From the NCBI GenBank assembly GCA_002245135.1, contig NGBS01000025.1, positions 62,001-102,803 on the forward strand: 40,803 nucleotides of DNA, in the 5' to 3' direction. This stretch comes from Proteromonas lacertae. Its lineage: Eukaryota. Each line of letters opens with the position of its first letter. Within the stretch, counting starts at the first letter, position 1. Under the pieces are notes generated by a model. It was not told the origin of the DNA. It was given only the letters and a program-made list of their open reading frames with translations, and did no database searches. The position numbers and the translations under genes are program-made. Below are positions 32,770-40,803 of the stretch, in pieces.

Positions 32770-35700
32770 ATGAGCAAACATAAAAAGCTTTTAAAAGCAT
32801 TTTTTAAGCTTCTAGAACAAACTTTTAATAAAAATAAACATCATAAACATAAGCATCACCATCATCATAAACATAAACATACAAATGAACCACCACCACC
32901 ACCTCCACCTACACCACCAGAAGAAGCTCCAAAACGAAGATTAGCACCATTATTTAGTACAGATGCTATTCAAAATAAAAAAAGATACAATAATGATATA
33001 CCAATAATCAGTGATACATTCTTTGGTGGATTAATGCCTTCTTCCCTACCAAAACCTAACCAAAATCAAAGATTTAATGATAGAATACGTGATGCTAGAG
33101 AAGTTGATAAATCATCTCAAGGTGTTACCAGGAAATGGGTTTTCAATTATAACAATAGAAATTACAGTACACCACAACAATGTTATCATGATTTTGTTAA
33201 TAATAGTGATATCAAAGATATATTACATGAACTAGCTGATACTATGAATATGATTAAATTTTTCTTTATTGTACGTTCAATTTATATACCTGATGAGTCT
33301 ACTGACAGTGATGATGAAGTTTCCATATTTAGTCGTAGTAGACTATGTGAAATAACAAAAATGTCTACTGTAGGTGAAATACAAACTATACTGGAGAATA
33401 TATTTACACAAATATCAGAAGATGATTCAAATCATCCTCAAAGTGGTCTTACTTTTGCTAGAGTCAATACTATTGAATTATATGTAACAAAATTTAAAGT
33501 GATACGTGGAAGCAGTTTTATTGTTTTACCTGCTAAACTTCAAGGTCTTAGATGTTTTATAAATGTAATAAATGAAGATAATGAATGTTTTAAGTGGAAT
33601 GTACAATGTTCATTATATTCTAATAATCTACAATGTAATAAAGATAAACCTGAAAAATACAAAATGTATGAAAAGAAACATGATTGGAGTATGTTAACAT
33701 TCCCTGTTGATGCTACAGACAATGAATCTATTGATAAGTTTGAAACAAAGAATCATCTAAATGTGAATATATTTTATATTGATATTGCTAAAGATAAAGA
33801 AGAAATATTCTTACCCATTCATTTATCTAAACAAAAGAAATCTAAAAAATATAGTGTTGTAAATCTATTGCTAATAAAAAATGAAGATGGAAATTCACAC
33901 TATGTAACAATAAATACCTTACCTGCTCTATTTAGAAAAATGATAGATAAAAAGAATAATACTAATAATATATTTGTGTGTCCATACTGTCTCTTCTATA
34001 CTTACGATGATGGATCCTTTAATAGTCACCAAATATATGACTGTCAAGATAAAGAGAATGTATTAAGATTATTCCCTGATAAAGATGATAAAGAAAAATC
34101 ATACTTAAAATTTAGACATTGGACTCACCTCCAAACATTGCCAGTTGTTATGTATTATGATACTGAAACTTATTTTGTACCATATGATAATGAATTGAAT
34201 TTAAGTAGATATAAATCTATGGAAGAAATAGATAATAATGATACTAGAATAGAATTATCAAAAACTGAGCAATCTATTATGGCTAGGCATAAGCTTTATT
34301 CCTACTGTATCTATGTAGATAGTAAAATACCAGATATAAACAGTTTTACTGTGATTAAATATAAACAAAATGAGGATCATAATATTGAAAATGATTTTGT
34401 ATTGGATATATTAAATATATATGATCAAATATGTACAGTTTACAATTATAGACTAGCTAATCCTAAACCTTTTGATGGAGATGAAATAGCTAAGGATATA
34501 CATAATAAAAAGAGAAAATGTGATTTTTGTGGTAAACCATTTAATTCTATTGATCATGTAAAGGTACTTCACCATGATCATTTCACTGGTCATTATATTG
34601 CTTCAATTGGTAGTAATGAGAATCTAAATATTGATATAAAAAAATTAAAAGTACCAATAATAGGTCATAATGCTATGAAATATGACCAGCATTTCATAGT
34701 AAAGGAATTAGCCAAATTTGCTGCAATAACTAATAGTCCACTCAATATTATACCTAATACAGATGAAAACTATAAGTGTATACAATACAAAAATTTGGTG
34801 TTTATTGATAGTTATTTATTCTTAGCAGGTTCTCTAGCAAATTTAACTAGTGATCTAAAAATTACAGCAGAATTAAATAATACTAAGAAAGAAAAATTCA
34901 AAACAATTTATGAGAATTTTAAAGAATATAATGGACATTACCTAGATGATGAAAATATTGAAAAATACTTACTTCAAAAGAATTATTTTCCATATGAGCA
35001 TATGACATCTCTTGAAGCTTTTGAAGAAAATTTCAAAGATCTTACTATAGATGATTTTAAGTCTAAATTGAATGATAATGAAACTATTAAACCTGAGGAA
35101 TTTGATTTTGCTATGGAAGTAAATCAAATATTTGGATTTGATAATATACGTGAATACAATTTATTTTACTTGAAAATCGATGTTTATATCCTTCAGTCTA
35201 TATTTAATGATTTTAGAGATAATATATTTGATACTTTTCACATAGATCCTTGTTGGTATATTTCATTACCCAGCTTATCACTTGATTTATTCTTACAAGT
35301 ATCTGATGTGGAACTTAAATTATTTTGTGAACCTGAATACTATGATTTTATATTGAATGGTTTATACGGTGGATTATCATATATTGGTAAGCGTAAGGAA
35401 GATGCAAATAACAAATTTATGAAAAATTATGATGAAACTTTACCTAGTAAATTCTTATTATATCAAGACTATAATTCTTTATACCCTTCAGTTATGGCTT
35501 CTTGTAAAATGCCTTTAGATGAACTTTGAATTTATTGATCCAAATTCTATTACATTAGAAAGTATACTTGATTTGCCATATTATGAAGAAATGGATCAAG
35601 ATAGATTAGAGAATAATGATTTTGGTTATATATTAGAAGTTGATATCGAGTTACCTATAGAAGCTACAAGACAAGTTTAAAGAATACCCATTGTTACCTG

Positions 35701-36854
35701 AAAGGAAGAAAATACCTAAAGAATGGTTATCTGATATACAAACTGAAAGAGCTGAAAATCTTGGTATTATACATAAAGAAAGAGGTACTTACCATGCTAC
35801 TGAGAAATTAATAACTGATTTGTATCCTAAAGAAAAATATATAATACACTACCAAAATTTGAAGTTTGCAGTTGAACATGGCTATAAAGTGGGTAAAGTG
35901 TACAGAATAATGAGATTTACTGAAGGTCTATATATGGGTAAATATATTAATACTATGGTACAAAAAAGAGTCCAAGCTAAAGAAAACAATCAAAATACTA
36001 CTGCAGACTATATAAAGAAATTAATGAATAGCTTTATACGGTAAATTTATGGAACGTGTTGAAAAGAGAAGTAACATATCTTTAATTACTAATGAAGATC
36101 AAATGATTAATGCTGCATAGTGATCCATGGTTTAAAGACTTTATCATTAATTGAAGGTGATTTAAGAATTGCACATTTTCATAAGAAGCTATATGAAATT
36201 AATAAACCTATACAAATTGGAATGGTTATCTTAGCACTGTCTAAACTCAAAATGCAAAAATATTGGTATGATGTATTAGATAAAAAAATATGGATCTGAT
36301 AAGCTAACACTATGTATGACTGATACTGATAGTTTACTTTTCTCAGTTGAAACTAATGATATTTTTGAAGACTTAGAGGATCCTATCTTTAATAATTGGA
36401 TTGATGGAAGTAACTTGAAAAATCCCTATTTAGAAAATTATAAGTTAGATATACATAGAGCTGTTCATTCAGGTACATTGAATCGATTAAAATTTGAAGA
36501 AGCAGGATAAGAATAATAAAAACCTGTATGTTATAAACAAAGTTTATAGGATTAAAATCAAAGTGCTATATATACGAAAAGGAGAAAGTGAATGATGATT
36601 CTGATAATAATACTAATACTGACAATCGTTGTAAAGGTATTAATGTGAAAGTTTCTAGAAAAATAACTTATGATATATACAATGATTTTGTTGAAGGTGC
36701 TAGTAAAAGTCAAAAATATGAAGTATGTCAAATCAAATCAATACATCATAATGTTTATACAACAGTACAAAACAAAACTGGCTTAACCTATTATGATGAT
36801 AAAAGATATTTTTTTGATAAATACAATACATTGCCATATGGATATAAAAAATAA
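32770..36854 (+). CDS. polB: Protein-primed family B DNA polymerase (Polinton/adintovirus type), frameshifted after 35527
   Basis: GSSFIVLP..INVINEDNECFKW, ExoI YYDTET, EndoVII-like CDFC...HHDHFTG, ExoII HNAMKYD, ExoIII YLKIDV, motif A DYNSLYP, motif B KKLMNS(L)YGKF, motif C TDTDS and terminal DDKR...TLPYG. Confidence 0.93.
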
Positions 36855-36889
36855 TAATTAATACTTATATTATATAATTGTTTTTTTCT

Positions 36890-38706
36890 TTAAAATAGCT
36901 GCCACCTCTTCATATTGAGGTACAAATTGAGGTACATTTGCAGCTTACTAATAAATTTTGAGCCATATTGTGGTGTTTGTTGACTATATTTTCTTGCTTT
37001 TTGTGGTATAACATGAAAAGTGTTATCGTATGGATTAATATATTCATCACTAAACTTTTCAGTTTTTATAGAATCTGCCATTTTATTTAATCTTGTTTTC
37101 ACTGAATTTATAATATTTTCTCTCACATTTTCTCTTCTTCTCATTCTATTAGTAGTTCTATTCATATCTAAATCTTTATTTACTGTACTACGTTCTATAT
37201 TTTTTATTATTGCCTTACGTCTCTCTATAAACTTCCTCACTTGATGGATTATTATCATTATCTTCACTATCACTATTTGCAGGTGATGCATTATAAAATG
37301 CATTAACATTTCTATCAATCAAATCTGCAGTAATTGATGGATGAGCAGGAGGATAATTATCTGGTGCAACATATCTCCAATTTCTATGATCTGCAACATT
37401 CATTCCACATAAGCTGGAACTGATCTTCTATGTTTAATTTGACGGTTAAGTTGCGTATCTAGAGCTCTATTCATTCTAAAAGTTATAGGATTAGCAAATA
37501 TATTCGTATTGATTTGTCCTTGTGGTACATGAGCTTCTGTTAATATTTTTTGTATAGTTGCTAAATAGTTATATCTATATCCAGTTCTATTATCACCATC
37601 TGGTAATCCATAAAATTTCTTCTATCAGGATGATATGGTAAAGTATATTCATTATCATTTTGATAATTACCACTTAACTTATCTTTTAATATTGGTATAT
37701 AATATAAAGCTAATATATACAAATCAGTTACACAGTTGTATATGATTAACGCAATTGAATAAGCTGTTTCTTCTTTTTGATTTGTTAAATACCAAAATTT
37801 AGTTCTCATTAAACGACCTATATAGAACTTTAACTTATCTTTCAGAGAATCACAAAAGCTAATTATATCATAATTTGCCATTGTTGTTATTATTTTCATT
37901 ATTATCATTGTTATTATTTCCATTGTTGTTATTATTGTTATTATCATTACTTCCATTGTCTGCATTTACTAATACTCCTCTTACCATATTATCATGTCTA
38001 TTTTGTATAATATTTTCTGCTCTTATTTCAGCTGCACTATTATAATGTTCATTATTCATTATGTTAAAATCATTTTCTGGTTCTGGATGTCTTTCATCAA
38101 TTTCATAATGTGTTTTTTTAATTCTTCTATTTTCAAGCTGTGTAACACCTATTCTCTCTTTTGGGTGTAAAACAACAAATGGATTTCTTTGTAATATAAA
38201 ATCAGATGCCATACACAATTTATCAATACCATCTGCTATACGAGTTTTAAATATTCCACATTCTCTTGCATTAGCAGAATTTTCATTTCCTGCTAATTTT
38301 GGATTATAGCTTCTAATGGTTTGCCATGTGCAAAAGGACCTGTTACAAATAAATTCTTACACCAATTAAACATTTTCATATGTTCATCATATAAATTATA
38401 TATTCTATTAAACTCATGATTAGGCCAACCTATTGGAATAAGTCTATATTGCATAATCAATGCTTTGTTAAATCTTTTCACTTCTTGATTCACATAATTA
38501 TTTAAATCATCTTCACTTATATCTTGAAATGGTATGACTTGATTCCTTCTATGTCTTCTTCTATGTCTTATTCTGCTCATATCAATAGGTACATTGTCTT
38601 CATTTTCTTCATCTTCATATTCATCATCTGTTGGTTCATCTTCTTCATCATCATTTGAATTGTTAGCTTGTGGTTGTGGTGGTGGTGGTTGTTGTTGCGG
38701 TTGCAT
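36890..38706 (-). pseudogene. Fragmented hypothetical viral gene(s) with Q/P, D/E and N-rich tracts
   Basis: Five consecutive or overlapping minus-strand ORFs that change frame, consistent with one or two frameshifted genes. Confidence 0.55.
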
Positions 38707-38779
38707 ATATTAAAAATATATTAAAGAATAATTCAAATAAAATTATATTTTAATATTTCTCAACAAATTATAAAACATA

Positions 38780-39798
38780 ATGCAACCAAAAGATAGTAAC
38801 AACATATTAGCTAATAGAAGAACATTGTTCTTAACAACATCAGACTATAATGAAAAATTATCTAATAAATGGGTTAGATGTATTAATACTCCAACTATTA
38901 CTGAAAAATATCAATATATGAGTTTAATTACTGCAGTTATTCCAAATAACTTCTATACAGTACAAGATGAAGTAAATGATCATATTCTCTTTAATTTCAC
39001 TTACTACGAATGCATAAATCCAGATAAAACAAATCCAGCAGAATGGGAAAAACCTGAAAATCAGCTTGGACCTTATAATAGAACTATTGATATTAAAATA
39101 CCTCAAAGAAATTATACAGGGAAAAGAATTATTAGAATTTTTTTAGTAATAAGTTACTATCGTTAAGTTTTGTAGAAATATCAGGTGCAGTAGGACCATT
39201 ACCAGATGAAGATCTTTCACAAAACTATCCGTTTCGTAAAATAGATGATCAAACAGATATACTTCAATTTAGTGGAAAGTTCAGAAAATAGATTACACTT
39301 AAAATTCAAATACTTAACTCATTTTGGTAGAATATATTTCACAGATTTTAGCATTGAATTCCCTAACTTAGTTTATAAGTTATATGGTGTAGATGAGATG
39401 AACAAAAAGTTAGATATTTATCATACAGCAGCTCCAATTGAAGCATTTTTTAATAATATTGATATAGTATATGACAAAATATTACCTAATCAACCGTCTT
39501 TAATTTGAGGTGTCATTCATACAAATTAGATGTGATTGGGTTAATAGCGGTGGAGAATTCAATGGTTTTAGCTAACATACCTATAAAAGATCTTAATACT
39601 AACTACACCACATTCACCAATCCTCAAATTGAATGGACAGCTAAGAAGATGCAATATCACGAATATCAACGAATGACTATATCAGTCACACAACAAGATG
39701 GTTATGCAATTTATTTAAAAAACTTACCCATTTATTTTGAGATTATTTGTATTAATAAATTTCTTGCTATTTTTAAGTATTTTAATCTTTTAAAATAA
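38780..39798 (+). CDS. Minor capsid (penton-like) protein, frameshifted
   Basis: TLFLTTSD, MSLITAVIPNNFYTV..NDHI, IKIPQRNYT, VLANIPI and MTISVTQQDGYAIYLKNLPIYFEI match the PLV/virophage penton pattern; lies immediately upstream of the major capsid. Confidence 0.75.
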
Positions 39799-39806
39799 CA
39801 TAAAAT

Positions 39807-40803
39807 ATGTCAATCACTGCTATACCTAATTCACAAAAGCATGAAAGCATTGTGCCAGCTTACATACCAATTTACAACCATATTTTAGTTACTCCAAACC
39901 AAAGCAGGAATGAGACTGTTTTATCTTTAAATTCAAACAGTGATGCTATTACATTTGAAATATCTGGTGATAATGTGTTAACTTATCAAAAAGCTATTTT
40001 GAATGCATATTAGATTATACTACAGGTCAAACTAGAGCTCATGCTGCTGCAGATTCAGGTAATTGGGATATGCCTTTTGTACCTAAAAGAGATACTAGCG
40101 GCAAATAATTTAGATAAACTAACATTGAAGAATACTATGAATTTTGGTACATTAAAAGTATACAACAAAACAGGAACTTTGCTATGTGATTTGGATACTA
40201 GTTATAATGAATATAGAGATTTAGCTCATGAAAATTGCAAATCAATTTCCTTATGATTTAAAAGAACCAGATTATTACAAGAAATATTTGATGGTTTAGG
40301 ATTTAATACTGCAAATCAAAAAATAGGTGAAAATTTATTATGTCATTCAGCTAATACATTAAATCCAAGTGGAGGTGTTCAAAATTATTATGTAATGCAA
40401 AATGGTATGACAGATACATTACATGGTCAAATACTGTGTAGATTTCATTTTGCAGACATATACAATACTATTTTAGCTTTGAAGAATGATATTTATTTTG
40501 GTGAAGTCATTTATATTCAATTCACATTTGCACCTATAATGAATTGGGTTCATCATAATGATGGAGATAAATATATAAACCAATGGCAAGCATTTTTAGG
40601 AATGAAAATAGTTAATCCTCATCTTTATGTTTGTTATAACAAAGATCCAACTTGCAATGCCAATACCATCAATTATTCAACTCATCATCCTATGACTTTA
40701 CTGATTTTAACATAGTTCAAATAACTAAAGATCCTATTCCAGGTAATAGTACTTTTAACTATAACTTCAGTATTAATAGCAGCATTGGAAGTTATGTTAA
40801 GTT
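39807..40803 (+). CDS. Major capsid protein (putative double jelly-roll), frameshifted and 3'-truncated by window
   Basis: Follows the penton gene. ITFEISGDN, LKVYNKTGTLLCD and NTILALKNDIYFGEVIYIQFTF recall PLV capsids; homologous to 18064-19308. Confidence 0.72.

Larger units (their letters stand above)
27410..40803. mobile_element. Endogenous Polinton-like virus / Maverick-type element (left boundary approximate, continues past window)
   Basis: rve integrase, protein-primed PolB, penton-like and major-capsid-like genes co-occur in an apparently intronless gene-dense block. Confidence 0.88.

Noticed and set aside
17956..36981. TGTTTGTT (Blastocystis polyadenylation motif) downstream of three viral genes (17956-63 minus, 30560-67, 36974-81)
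   Set aside because: A few copies are expected by chance at this base composition, and it is not seen after the host genes.
1..40803. Alternative genetic code (TAA/TAG as Gln), suggested by tiny introns and in-frame stops
   Set aside because: Long genes are free of internal TAA/TAG and terminate on them at sensible positions.
1..40803. CRISPR array, tRNA or rRNA genes
   Set aside because: No regularly spaced repeats or recognisable structured-RNA signatures seen.

Overview
Very AT-rich (roughly 20-25% GC by eye) eukaryotic nuclear DNA, standard code, with ultrashort 23-27 nt GT-AG introns. This suggests a protist, possibly a Blastocystis/Proteromonas-like stramenopile, but the host is inferred, not shown. 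Part A (1-24.3 kb) is a tightly packed cluster of about 17 glycan synthesis/modification genes: UDP-sugar pyrophosphorylase, GT31, GT92, GT77, DUF1647, three fucosyltransferase-like genes, LicD, two AT3-SGNH O-acyltransferases and two methyltransferases. It is interrupted by a long-TIR MITE, a Tc1/IS630 remnant and a 3.1-kb island of about 40% GC. Part B (~27.4 kb to the window end) is an endogenous Polinton-like virus: rve integrase, protein-primed PolB, minor capsid and major capsid, running off the window. Main discovery: the three short minus-strand ORFs in the GC-rich island are one reading frame (19308-18064) broken only by nonsense codons. That frame is homologous to the putative major capsid protein of the Polinton-like virus 21 kb away. 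The island carries no recognisable polymerase or integrase and is bounded by a 48-bp imperfect direct repeat, so it may be a compact capsid-only (satellite-like) element or a fragment of a second, divergent virus.
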